Shown here: piece after piece, positions 55,399-64,000 of the stretch
Layout: every line of letters starts with the position of its first letter
How positions within the stretch are numbered: position 1 is the stretch's first letter
Source of the DNA: a virus
Strand: one strand, 5' to 3'
IMG/VR virus record: IMGVR_UViG_3300042560_001826
Span: 1 to 64,000 of that record
Length of the DNA stretch: 64,000 nucleotides
Notes under the pieces: generated by a model
Databases searched by the model: none
What the model saw: only the letters and a program-made list of their open reading frames with translations
Told to the model about the DNA's origin: nothing
Made by a program: the position numbers and the translations under genes

Positions 55399-56761
55399 AA
55401 AAACTTTTGGATCGCTATTTGCAGGTGTTGGCGGGTTTGACATTGGCATGGAAAATGCTGGCTGGGATTGTAGCTGGCAAGTTGAATGGGATAAACATTG
55501 TCAGTCAGTACTGCAAAAGCATTGGCCTAATGTGCCAAAGTATTGGGATATTCAAGATGTAAATGGTGCAGAATTAACGCCAGTAGATTGCATCGTTTTT
55601 GGTTCTCCTTGCCAAGACCTATCGGTTGCTGGCAAGGGTGGAGGGCTTGAGGGATCACGCTCAGGCTTATTTTATGAAGCAATTAGAGTTATAAAGGAGA
55701 TGAGAAATGCAACTGGAAATCAATTTCCAAAATGGTCAATCTGGGAGAATGTCCCAGGAGCCCTCACAAGCAATAAAGGAAACGACTTCGCAAAGGTCCT
55801 TGACGAAATGGCAAACATCGGGGCATTGGTCCTTGAATGGCACATCTTGGATGCACAATGGTTCGGAGTCGCCCAGCGCAGAAGAAGAGTCTTCTTGCTT
55901 GCTTGTTACGATTCTGGAACCGCTTCAAGATGTTCCGAAAAAATATTACCTGTCCCCCAAGACAGCGAGGGGAATATTAAAAAGGGCAGAAAAGAAAGGA
56001 AACATTCTGCCAGAGCCTCTAAGACAAACGCTGATCAACCTATCCTCTATGGACAGTCAGGATTTGCAAAGTGGACAGAAGGCGGAGTAACGCTGGCAGC
56101 AACTGATTACAAACGACCAGAAAGAAATGTTGTTTGTGAGCCTATATCGTTTCATTTAAAGCAAGATCCAGTGCATTCATATAATGTTTCGCAATGTTTA
56201 TATGGGCAAAATGGTGTTGGCGTAGCAATTGAAAGACCTTTTATTCTTGATGGTACAAGAGTTGGTGATGCGAGAATATATGAAGATCAAATTGTTCCAA
56301 CGCTAAAGCACAGGATGGGAACAGGTGGCGGTCAAGTTCCACTTGTTGGCGTAGATGCAGATGTTCTTGCTTATGATGGCTATAATAACGCTGTTAGCGA
56401 GAATATTTATCGCACATTAAGAATTGGAATTGATTCTGCTGACCATATTGCAATCCCAATTCAAGGCACAATTATTGGTCGTTCAGACAAGGCCGGACCG
56501 CAAGGGAAAGGCTTTGGTGACGAAAATGATCCATCGTATACTCTTGATACAATTTCACAGCATGGAGTTATGACACCTGATCTTCTACTTAGAAGATTGA
56601 CTCCTCTTGAATGTGAAAGGCTTATGGGGTTCCCTGATGAACATACGAAATATTATCACGATGGGAAGATTGTTGCAGATACCAACAGGTACAAGATGTG
56701 CGGTAATGCTGTGGCAAGTCCAGTTGCCGAATGGATTGGGAGGAAAATCTATGAAATTTAG
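55391..56761 (+). CDS. DNA cytosine-5 methyltransferase with expanded variable region
   Basis: FAGVGG (I), GSPCQ (IV), ENV (VI), QRRRRVF (VIII), RRLTP.ECERLMGFP (IX), YKMCGNAV (X). Confidence 0.93.
   Translation: MNKKTFGSLFAGVGGFDIGMENAGWDCSWQVEWDKHCQSVLQKHWPNVPKYWDIQDVNGAELTPVDCIVFGSPCQDLSVAGKGGGLEGSRSGLFYEAIRVIKEMRNATGNQFPKWSIWENVPGALTSNKGNDFAKVLDEMANIGALVLEWHILDAQWFGVAQRRRRVFLLACYDSGTASRCSEKILPVPQDSEGNIKKGRKERKHSARASKTNADQPILYGQSGFAKWTEGGVTLAATDYKRPERNVVCEPISFHLKQDPVHSYNVSQCLYGQNGVGVAIERPFILDGTRVGDARIYEDQIVPTLKHRMGTGGGQVPLVGVDADVLAYDGYNNAVSENIYRTLRIGIDSADHIAIPIQGTIIGRSDKAGPQGKGFGDENDPSYTLDTISQHGVMTPDLLLRRLTPLECERLMGFPDEHTKYYHDGKIVADTNRYKMCGNAVASPVAEWIGRKIYEI
55707..56090 (+). CDS. Alternative-frame protein nested in the methyltransferase gene (putative beta subunit)
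   Basis: AAGGAG at 55694-55699, 7 nt before ATG; ILE...VP.KYYLS...GIL.RA resembles the post-motif-VIII segment of C5-MTases. Confidence 0.6.
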   Translation: MQLEINFQNGQSGRMSQEPSQAIKETTSQRSLTKWQTSGHWSLNGTSWMHNGSESPSAEEESSCLLVTILEPLQDVPKKYYLSPKTARGILKRAEKKGNILPEPLRQTLINLSSMDSQDLQSGQKAE

Positions 56762-56966
56762 ATTTTTTTGTGATAGATTAATGGGCTGGATGGCATTTGG
56801 CATCACAATTAACTGGGATGATGGTGTATACTTTGGAGTGTACATTGCGAAATGGCTCATCGGGTTACAGTCTTATAAAGAAAAGAAAGCAGTAGTAATG
56901 GCGGAAGATCTTATTAAATATAACTACGGTAGAAAGGGATCAAATGCCAGACATTCTGATCAATAA
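56751..56966 (+). CDS. Hypothetical protein (MKFRFFCDRLMGW...)
   Basis: GGAGG SD before ATG 56751. Confidence 0.55.
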   Translation: MKFRFFCDRLMGWMAFGITINWDDGVYFGVYIAKWLIGLQSYKEKKAVVMAEDLIKYNYGRKGSNARHSDQ

Positions 56967-57267
56967 AGAAATTCTTGCATCCCATATGGGAGACAAGGCA
57001 GATGAATTTATTGAGTGCCTTCGGATAGTAGAGGATATTATTTCTAATCCGGACCATTATGTTGGTCTGCAAGCTATTAAATATGCAAATATTTTGGCGG
57101 CTTATCGCACAGTAATGATTGTTAAATCTCAGATGTTTAAGAGAAAATCAACAATGATGTCTGAACAAGATAAGTTTGTTAACGATATATGGAAAACCAT
57201 GTATGAAGCCCTGTCTGAAAATATTAATGCCCTCAAATTAGCTGCTAAAGGAGGCTATAACCAATGA
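56944..57267 (+). CDS. Hypothetical helical protein
   Basis: ORF coupled to neighbours. Confidence 0.65.
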   Translation: MPDILINKEILASHMGDKADEFIECLRIVEDIISNPDHYVGLQAIKYANILAAYRTVMIVKSQMFKRKSTMMSEQDKFVNDIWKTMYEALSENINALKLAAKGGYNQ

Positions 57268-58007
57268 AATCATTAAAGAAATTAAAGGAAAAGAAAGAAC
57301 CATTGGCAAAAGATGTCAAGGTTGAAATAAGAAAAACTATTACTGAGGGGATTGATGAGTTCCTTTCTAAAAGGAATACCCCTGTTTATAAACAAGTAAG
57401 TGGTTTTCACCCAAGTTATACAAACCAATGTGCAAGATATTGGTATTATCTGTTTAATGGAGTTGAAGTAACATCATCCTTTAACCCTCAGACATACAGA
57501 ATTTTTGATAATGGACATGCAGTTCACAATAGATTGTACAGTTATTTTAGAGATATGGGGATCTTGGTTGAGGAAGAAATTCCAGTAACCCATGATTCTC
57601 CGCCAATTGAAGGCACTGCAGATGGTATCATTGATTGGTATGGACATAAGCTTATTGAATTAAAATCAATTAGTTCAGAAGGCTTCCATTACAGAAAACT
57701 TTATAACAAACCAAAAGACGAGCACTACAGGCAAGCGCAGATCTATATGCGCTGCTTAAATCTTGATTCTGGATATGTTATTTACGAAAACAAAAACAAT
57801 CAAGAGATACTACCAATTTATATTGAAAAAGACGATAAATTCATAAACAAACTATTTGACAAGTATACTAAGATTTATAATAATTATCTGAATAATCAGA
57901 TACCCGAGCGACCTTATAAGAGAACTTCAGAGCATTGCAGTTCTTGTGATTTGGCTGCTTTATGTTGGTCGGAGAATGTACGAGAAGGAAAAGAAGAAAT
58001 GTTCTAA
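57264..58007 (+). CDS. Cas4-like PD-(D/E)xK exonuclease
   Basis: C.R...G.AVH...GTADG...ELKS...Q..IY...C..C....C. Confidence 0.82.
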   Translation: MKSLKKLKEKKEPLAKDVKVEIRKTITEGIDEFLSKRNTPVYKQVSGFHPSYTNQCARYWYYLFNGVEVTSSFNPQTYRIFDNGHAVHNRLYSYFRDMGILVEEEIPVTHDSPPIEGTADGIIDWYGHKLIELKSISSEGFHYRKLYNKPKDEHYRQAQIYMRCLNLDSGYVIYENKNNQEILPIYIEKDDKFINKLFDKYTKIYNNYLNNQIPERPYKRTSEHCSSCDLAALCWSENVREGKEEMF

Positions 58008-58287
58008 CCCTGAATGTAGTAAGGTATTTTTAGCTAAAGTCTATAATGCTATCTATTGCTCAGCAGAGTGCAGAAGAATAGTCACAAATAAAAATTTACT
58101 TGCGAATTATTACGAGAAAAAAAGTAATAAAAATAAAAAGAGGATTTGTAAAACTGAGGGGTGCGCAACAGTCTTATCTAAATATAACAAGGAAAAGATT
58201 TGTGAAAGTTGTAAACGCGAAAGATTTGTTAAGCGTCTCATGTCTTGGGGCTGGTCTGAAAAACAAGCCAGAGGAGACATGTGGTGA
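57976..58287 (+). CDS. Cys-rich zinc-binding hypothetical protein
   Basis: Four Cys pairs; GGAG before ATG 57976. Confidence 0.65.
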   Translation: MYEKEKKKCSNPECSKVFLAKVYNAIYCSAECRRIVTNKNLLANYYEKKSNKNKKRICKTEGCATVLSKYNKEKICESCKRERFVKRLMSWGWSEKQARGDMW

Positions 58288-58889
58288 CAATATCAAAACT
58301 GATATCGTCAGTTAAGAATACTAGAGTGATTGCAATAGATCCGGCATCTCATTCTCTTGCTTGGGTCATTTATGATATTGAATCATCAAAAATTAAAATT
58401 AGTGCATGCGGTAAAATAAACTATAAAGAACACAAAGGGGCATCAGCAAAATTTTCTGTTATTGATATTGAGTTGAAAAAAGTCTACAAAGAATACAACC
58501 CAAAACTGGCTATAATTGAACAATCAATCTATATTCAAAATTTTGAAACAAGTAGAATAATTTCTTACATTATAGGATATTCTTGGGGCGTACTAAACAA
58601 CTTCGGTTGCTCCGTTTCAGATGTAAATCCTCTTGTTTGGAAATCCGGGATTGGGTATAAAAATCTAAATAAAAAAGAACAACAAATTATTGCAGAAAAT
58701 GGAGAAAAGGGTTCTCTCGCTGTTAAGCTAAAGAAAGAGAGGAAGCGCCGCGTTCAAGAAATTGTTGCAAAATACTTCAAGGAGCTACCAGAATATTTAA
58801 ACGATGATGATATTATAGATGCAGCGGGTATTGGTTTATGGTATTGTAATCAAATAGTAGAGGGTTCAAATGGCAAACGAAATATATAA
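58281..58889 (+). CDS. RuvC-like Holliday junction resolvase
   Basis: IAIDP, IIE, P..WK, DD..DA.GIG motifs. Confidence 0.8.
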   Translation: MVTISKLISSVKNTRVIAIDPASHSLAWVIYDIESSKIKISACGKINYKEHKGASAKFSVIDIELKKVYKEYNPKLAIIEQSIYIQNFETSRIISYIIGYSWGVLNNFGCSVSDVNPLVWKSGIGYKNLNKKEQQIIAENGEKGSLAVKLKKERKRRVQEIVAKYFKELPEYLNDDDIIDAAGIGLWYCNQIVEGSNGKRNI

Positions 58890-59169
58890 AGACAAAGCTT
58901 TTTTGTACGATATGTATGTTAAACGCAGGATGAATCTTACTGATATTTGTAAGCATCTTGAGCAGGCTTACAACATTAAAGTCACCCCACAGGCCGTTTA
59001 TAACTGGGTTAAAAAATACGATCTTCTTAAGTTTAGAGGCAAGGGAAGAAGGCTCGCCAACACAAGTATGCGCAGACCAAAATCCCCAGCTCAGGAAGAG
59101 GCTAACAGGCGTAAAAGAGAATTGCAAAAAAGAACAAAACAAAAAAGAAAGGATATTAGAGGAAGATGA
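58870..59169 (+). CDS. HTH DNA-binding protein with basic tail
   Basis: LY..YV......DI......VTPQAVYNW.KK. Confidence 0.65.
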   Translation: MANEIYKDKAFLYDMYVKRRMNLTDICKHLEQAYNIKVTPQAVYNWVKKYDLLKFRGKGRRLANTSMRRPKSPAQEEANRRKRELQKRTKQKRKDIRGR

Positions 59170-59921
59170 GAAGAAGTGTAAGTGTAAAGGACATATCAAG
59201 CTTTGCAAAGCTTAATATGATTTACAATCAAGTAAGAGTTATTGAGGCAAAGCAGAATGCTACTCAGTACAAGTGTTTAGGTTCTGGCAACTGCTGCAGA
59301 ATAGGATTGAATATTCATATGGCGGAATGTGCAAGTATTGCATTCAATATCCGTCAGCAATATTATCTATATTTAGAAGATAAGGGTTTAGAGTATGCTG
59401 ACAATTGGGTTGATGGAATTGTAAAAGATCTAAAAGAAGCAATGTTTGACGAGGATTGGCAAATTGGTGGAGAGACAAAACGGCACTGCGCCTTCTACAA
59501 GGGTGGCTGTAGCATCTATGGTTACAGACCGATGGTGTGTAGAACATTTGGCACAGTGACATATGTTGATGATTATTGTCCAAGAATTAGAAATGCTACC
59601 GGCAACATTGACTACTTTAGTGGTGATGGTGTGAGAAAAGTAATCATGGCATTTCAAGATTTCTTAAAGGAATATACAAGTGATAAAGAAGAGGGCTACG
59701 ATATGGTTGTGTATATGCCTCTCGGTGTCCTCAGCTTCTTGCTTACAACTGATGAATTGATTGAGCTTGAAAAGGCAACCGATAAGAAGTTCTGGAAGGC
59801 TGTTCAGGGCTGGTTCAATTACAGAGTCGGATATACAAAGCTTCACGGCTATGATTACGACAAGTTGAATTCGGAAGCAAAAGCTGTTGGAGTTGAATTG
59901 AGATTTCCCAAAGAGCAATGA
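59166..59921 (+). CDS. YkgJ-like cysteine-cluster (Fe-S/Zn) protein
   Basis: C..SG.CC ... C.F....C.IY..RP..CR.FG. Confidence 0.75.
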   Translation: MRRSVSVKDISSFAKLNMIYNQVRVIEAKQNATQYKCLGSGNCCRIGLNIHMAECASIAFNIRQQYYLYLEDKGLEYADNWVDGIVKDLKEAMFDEDWQIGGETKRHCAFYKGGCSIYGYRPMVCRTFGTVTYVDDYCPRIRNATGNIDYFSGDGVRKVIMAFQDFLKEYTSDKEEGYDMVVYMPLGVLSFLLTTDELIELEKATDKKFWKAVQGWFNYRVGYTKLHGYDYDKLNSEAKAVGVELRFPKEQ

Positions 59922-60976
59922 TTTTTTGGAATGAAAATCCAGTTTCTTCTTACGCAGAAGGCTATAGCTACGCAGCAAAATCAATAGTTAATAGCTTAAC
60001 CAAGCACGGCGTTGATGTCCACAGATCAAAATCTTCTGGTAATGCAGATGTTAATGGTTTAGTCAATCTTGGTATTTCCTACATAGATAAAAGCGATTCT
60101 GGCGAGGCAATTAAAATAACTCATGCTCTGCCAGAACTATACTCAAGAGGCGCAAAGCATTCAATAGGGTTTTCCTACTGGGAGACTAATAAACTTCCGG
60201 GATCTTGGATTCCCGAAATGAATCAAATGGATGAAATATGGACAGCATCCGAATGGGCTAGAAATGTTTTTATTGAATCAGGAGTCAAGATACCTGTGCA
60301 CGGTTTCAAGCTTGGCATAGATGATTCATTGTATTTCCCGCCGGACAAACCAAGAAAAGTGCAGGGGAATAAATTTAAATTTCTTAGCATAGGCTCCCCA
60401 TCGACTCGTAAGAACTCTCAGATGGCTGTAGATGCATTTTTAAAGCTGTTTAGCAACAATGACGAGCATGTGCTCATATTTAAATCAATGGGGCCTCCAG
60501 ACGCGAGGATATCCAGAGGCACTGGTCATCAGAAATCTCTCTATGATACTAAGAATATTAATGTTATAGATTATGAATTAAGCCATCAAGATTTAGCAAA
60601 CTTGTACGATAGCGTTGATTGCGTTTTGTACCCAACAAGCGGAGAAGGGTGGGGGATTTTGCCAATGAAAGGAATTGCAAAAGGGATCCCAACAATCTGC
60701 ACTAATGCAACAGCTTGTACAGAGTATGCCGAGTTATCAATACCATTAGACTATCAATGGGGGACAGATAATATGGGTGGCATATATAGTGGTTGCGGGA
60801 CATGGGCAATACCAAATCTTGATGATTTATGTGATAAAATGTTATATGTCGTTAATCACTATGATAAGGCTTCCGAGAAGACTTTTTCAGGTGCTCAATG
60901 GGTAAATGAAAATCTTACTTGGGATAAAGTAACGAAACCAATGGCGGATAGATTATGTCAGATATTGAACCAGTAG
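59918..60976 (+). CDS. GT-B glycosyltransferase (GT4-like)
   Basis: WET, DE.W..S, RKN, YPTSGEGWG..P motifs; paralog of 53865. Confidence 0.85.
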   Translation: MIFWNENPVSSYAEGYSYAAKSIVNSLTKHGVDVHRSKSSGNADVNGLVNLGISYIDKSDSGEAIKITHALPELYSRGAKHSIGFSYWETNKLPGSWIPEMNQMDEIWTASEWARNVFIESGVKIPVHGFKLGIDDSLYFPPDKPRKVQGNKFKFLSIGSPSTRKNSQMAVDAFLKLFSNNDEHVLIFKSMGPPDARISRGTGHQKSLYDTKNINVIDYELSHQDLANLYDSVDCVLYPTSGEGWGILPMKGIAKGIPTICTNATACTEYAELSIPLDYQWGTDNMGGIYSGCGTWAIPNLDDLCDKMLYVVNHYDKASEKTFSGAQWVNENLTWDKVTKPMADRLCQILNQ

Positions 60977-61527
60977 TAGGAACCGAAATTGAGCCAGCAT
61001 CCAGAACAATTTTGGATGATCTAGCAGACATAGAGCAGGCCGGTCTCCTGCATGTAAAGGGGTATTCTAATCACGAAATTAGCTCCTTGATGAGTGTCTC
61101 TGCGGATAAAGCAAAAGGCATGATTACTGAATACAAGAAGATACTTAATCGTCAAGCTGAATCGGATCCGTATTTCTTAGAGAAAATCCAATTTAATACA
61201 ATCAAGGCTCTGCAAGAATTTGATCAATTGAGCAAAGAAGCTTGGGAGACTATTAATATTGCTACAGATCACGGCATGGTCCCGGCAAGAATTCAAGCTA
61301 TTAAATTAGCGGCAGAAGTTGCTACTAAGAAAGCGCAATTGCATAAGCTTATGGGTGGCAATCAAACAGACGGGCAATATATTGCTAGAATGCAGAAAGC
61401 AGAGAATGTTAATCAAATTCTTTCTAAAGTTTTAAGGGATGTTATTTCCAAGCATCCTCAGATTGCCGAAGAGGTCAGGAGAGAATTGGAAATTGCATTT
61501 GAAATCATGAATGATGGTGTTGAATAA
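60955..61527 (+). CDS. Probable terminase small subunit
   Basis: N-terminal HTH-like (GYSNHEIS..M.VS), helical body, directly upstream of TerL; TGATAAAAT at 60832-60840. Confidence 0.6.
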   Translation: MSDIEPVVGTEIEPASRTILDDLADIEQAGLLHVKGYSNHEISSLMSVSADKAKGMITEYKKILNRQAESDPYFLEKIQFNTIKALQEFDQLSKEAWETINIATDHGMVPARIQAIKLAAEVATKKAQLHKLMGGNQTDGQYIARMQKAENVNQILSKVLRDVISKHPQIAEEVRRELEIAFEIMNDGVE

Positions 61528-61591
61528 AGAGACGGAAAAATTATCACATAAAGGTTTATGTAAAGAGACGGAAAAACTCTCACATAAAGGT
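61525..61591 (+). repeat. Two 31-bp direct repeats (36-bp period) between terminase genes
   Basis: TAAAGAGACGGAAAAATTATCACATAAAGGT vs TAAAGAGACGGAAAAACTCTCACATAAAGGT (2 mismatches). Confidence 0.88.
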
Positions 61592-61730
61592 GTAAACTCA
61601 CTTGTCTATGAGGTGATCCTGCTCTAAGCTTACAGCGGTGTAAGAATCCATATGTGTAAGATTACTCATTCGTAATCTTGTCGCCGCGTAAGTTTTCATA
61701 TTTCATAGTGTATACTATTAAGGGTGGCAA

Positions 61731-63461
61731 ATGTCTGACTTTATTGGACTAAATTTAGAATTTAATGACTTTGATCGCTTGCTTAGGCAAGACGATTTGG
61801 TTGAAACTCCTGTTCCGATTCAAGTGTTCGTTCAGGATAAGAAATACTTAGGCTTACCGCCATTGTCTCCAATTCAAGAAGAGATAGTCAAGCACAGTAC
61901 ACAAATTCTTAAAGAACGCACTTTGATATCTTTACATGGTGAAGAAGCAGGGCGTGAATATTATAAGAAATATACTGACAATGAGGTTATATGCATGTTG
62001 GGCAAAGGATCTGGTAAAGATCATTGTTCAAGAATCTCAATCGCTTATACAGCATACTTACTACATTGTTTGAGGGATCCGCTTAGTTATTTCGGTAAAG
62101 CTCACGGTGTGTATATTGACTTGCTTAATCTTGCTGTTAACGCACAACAAGCCCAAAGAGTTTTCTTTGAGCCATTAAAAAACCTATTGTTAAGCTCACC
62201 GTACTTTAATGAAGTTGGATTTGAGCCTAGGGTTTCAGAAATATTTTTCTTTTCAAGACCGGTAAGATGTTTCTCGGGTCACTCTGAAAGTGAAGGTTGG
62301 GAAGGTTATGAAGTTTTGACTGTGGTTTTGGATGAAATTGCAGCTTTTAAAACTGATGCAGAATTGAAAGGCGAAACAAGATCTAAAGGATCGGCATCTG
62401 CAATTTATAACATGAGTAAGCTATCTGTTATGTCGCGCTTCCCAGAAGTTGGTAAAGTTATTCTTCTCTCATTCCCCCGGTATAAGGGAGACTTTATTGA
62501 ACAAAGATTTTATGGGGCTAAAGAAAAGAAAGAGCCTAAGACTTGGTTCATAAAAGCTGCTACTTGGGAAGTAAATCCTACGATTAAGAGAGAGCAATTG
62601 GAATCTGAATACATTAGAAATCCTATTGAGGCAGCTGCAAGATTTGAGTGCAATCCTCCAAATATGGAAGATGCTTATTTTAGAGATCCTGATCTTGTTA
62701 GGAAAGCTTTTACATATGGCGAAGATCCAATCAATGAAGATGGCACATTTAAAAAATGGTTTAATAATACAGATCAGCATGTTCGTTTTATCCATGTTGA
62801 CTTAGCGCTTAAAAGAGACAGGGCAGCGTTAAGCTTAGTGCATTCTCCTGGATTAAGAGAAGTGAAAACGCTAAACGGTATTGAAAAGCTTCCGGTAATC
62901 AATGTTGATCTTGTTTATTCTTGGGAGGCCGGTATCAATGAAGAAATTAATTTCTCAAGCATTAGGCAAATGATAATTGATCTATGCAGAAAGTTTGATG
63001 TAGCCAAGGTTACATTTGACAGATGGCAATCAATTGAAATGATTCAAAGCTTAAGATCGTTAACAATTAATGCAGATTTTCACAGCGTAAAGAAAACAGA
63101 CTATGATACATTAACATCTGCAATATATGATGGCCGTTTGCGTGGATATTGGAATGAATTATTAGTTGAAGAAGAACTTCTCAAATTACGTTTGTTTTCA
63201 AATAATAAAATTGATCACCCATCATCTGGATCAAAAGATTTGGCAGATGCTATTGCCGGGGCTGTATTTAACTGTATAGAAAATATTTCAGTAAGCAGTG
63301 AGATCGAGATTGAGTTATTGCAGCCGGATAAATGGCATGAAATAAACGAAGAAATGCCTGATTTTGGTACTGTATCTGTGTATAATGGTGGAAGTGGAAG
63401 GTTTGAACAAGGCTTTTCTCAACAGAAATCAGAGGCAAATAAATGGTTGGAAACGCTATAA
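61731..63461 (+). CDS. terL: Terminase large subunit
   Basis: Walker A GKGSGKD, Walker B VVLDE, nuclease HVDL...D, DHP..GSKD.ADA. Confidence 0.92.
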   Translation: MSDFIGLNLEFNDFDRLLRQDDLVETPVPIQVFVQDKKYLGLPPLSPIQEEIVKHSTQILKERTLISLHGEEAGREYYKKYTDNEVICMLGKGSGKDHCSRISIAYTAYLLHCLRDPLSYFGKAHGVYIDLLNLAVNAQQAQRVFFEPLKNLLLSSPYFNEVGFEPRVSEIFFFSRPVRCFSGHSESEGWEGYEVLTVVLDEIAAFKTDAELKGETRSKGSASAIYNMSKLSVMSRFPEVGKVILLSFPRYKGDFIEQRFYGAKEKKEPKTWFIKAATWEVNPTIKREQLESEYIRNPIEAAARFECNPPNMEDAYFRDPDLVRKAFTYGEDPINEDGTFKKWFNNTDQHVRFIHVDLALKRDRAALSLVHSPGLREVKTLNGIEKLPVINVDLVYSWEAGINEEINFSSIRQMIIDLCRKFDVAKVTFDRWQSIEMIQSLRSLTINADFHSVKKTDYDTLTSAIYDGRLRGYWNELLVEEELLKLRLFSNNKIDHPSSGSKDLADAIAGAVFNCIENISVSSEIEIELLQPDKWHEINEEMPDFGTVSVYNGGSGRFEQGFSQQKSEANKWLETL

Positions 63462-63610
63462 ATGATGTCGTAGTTACGAGCGAAGAAATCGCATCGTCAT
63501 TGTCTTCGGAATTGCAGAGGATGATTCTTCAAGTCGTTACGCTAAGAATTGAGAACGCTAAGTTGAGGGAAAAGCTGAACAGCCTTGTAAAGCAATCTAG
63601 CGACAATTAG
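63443..63610 (+). CDS. Small coiled-coil protein (55 aa; not in ORF track)
   Basis: MVGNAINDVVVTSEEIASSLSSELQRMILQVVTLRIENAKLREKLNSLVKQSSDN; GAGG upstream. Confidence 0.55.
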   Translation: MVGNAINDVVVTSEEIASSLSSELQRMILQVVTLRIENAKLREKLNSLVKQSSDN

Positions 63611-63684
63611 ATTAATTTTTAAATTCTTAGCAAAAAAAAATAGTTTCTCGCACATAGCCTATTTCTCTGTGCTAGTGTTCCTTC

Positions 63685-63727
63685 TGCTGGCGATTCCTTA
63701 TGTAATTCGCATAGAGAATCGCCAGCA
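63685..63727 (+). other. Stable RNA hairpin in leader of next transcription unit
   Basis: TGCTGGCGATTC/GAATCGCCAGCA 12-bp perfect stem beginning ~7 nt after TGC-TAGTGT -10. Confidence 0.55.
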
Positions 63728-63762
63728 CCAAGTAAAAACCTACAAAGAATACGGAGAAAAAT

Positions 63763-64000
63763 ATGACACTCAAAATGAATAAAGTAGATAATTTCCCAGA
63801 AATCACTAGGGCTGGCAGACAGTCTGAAGATTTGCAGGCGATTATTAATGCTCTTCACGAATCGGTTAATACTGGACAAAAGTTTAGCCTTTTTGTTGAG
63901 CCTGGTAATCCATATAACTCAATGCAACAGCGTATTCGTGCGCAGGCAAAGAAGTTTGGATATAAGATTATCATTCGTTATGACTCAGCCAAGAAGGAAC
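63763..64000 (+). CDS. Hypothetical protein, 3'-truncated by window edge
   Basis: GGAG SD; MTLKMNKVDNFPEITRAGRQSEDLQAII... open to the end of the window. Confidence 0.7.
   Translation, partial: MTLKMNKVDNFPEITRAGRQSEDLQAIINALHESVNTGQKFSLFVEPGNPYNSMQQRIRAQAKKFGYKIIIRYDSAKKE

Noticed and set aside
61525-61591. Possible mini CRISPR array, given the Cas4-like gene nearby
   Set aside because: Only two repeats separated by 5 bp; no spacers and no cas1/cas2. Solo Cas4-like nucleases are common in phages.
63685-63730. tRNA-like element (stem followed by CCA)
   Set aside because: No D arm, T arm or TTC motif; it is a simple hairpin.
1-64000. Stop-codon reassignment or prophage integration module
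   Set aside because: The standard code gives dense full-length ORFs ending in TAA, TGA or TAG; no integrase, att site or host genes were recognised.

Overview
This 64-kb window is a continuous piece of a tailed dsDNA bacteriophage genome with siphovirus-type morphogenesis genes; every gene I can support is on the + strand. A WhiB-family gene and many apparently leaderless genes point to an actinobacterial host (inference). Gene order: portal (5'-truncated), prohead protease/scaffold, major capsid protein, a ~13-kb block of modular fibre and glycine-rich cassettes, a membrane/lysis block (giant Thr-rich membrane protein, holins, M15 endolysin), a second fibre block, head-tail connectors, tail tube, a -1 frameshifted tail chaperone, tape measure and tail tip. 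Then comes a replication/modification block (metallophosphoesterase, WhiB, DnaB, primase, SSB, tRNA-Ala, HAD nucleotidase, DnaE, three glycosyltransferases, cytidylyltransferase, RecA, MazG, two resolvases, C5 methyltransferase, Cas4-like nuclease) and the terminase genes. Main leads: (1) an apparent plug-and-socket code linking ~20 small structural genes into a branched, combinatorial adhesin tree; (2) a glycosyltransferase whose C-terminal domain is a copy of the protein encoded right after the major capsid gene, suggesting capsid-targeted glycosylation; (3) a second protein with its own Shine-Dalgarno encoded in the +1 frame inside the methyltransferase gene; (4) nested in-frame genes and promoters embedded in palindromes. 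All family assignments come from motif recognition by eye; no database search was run.
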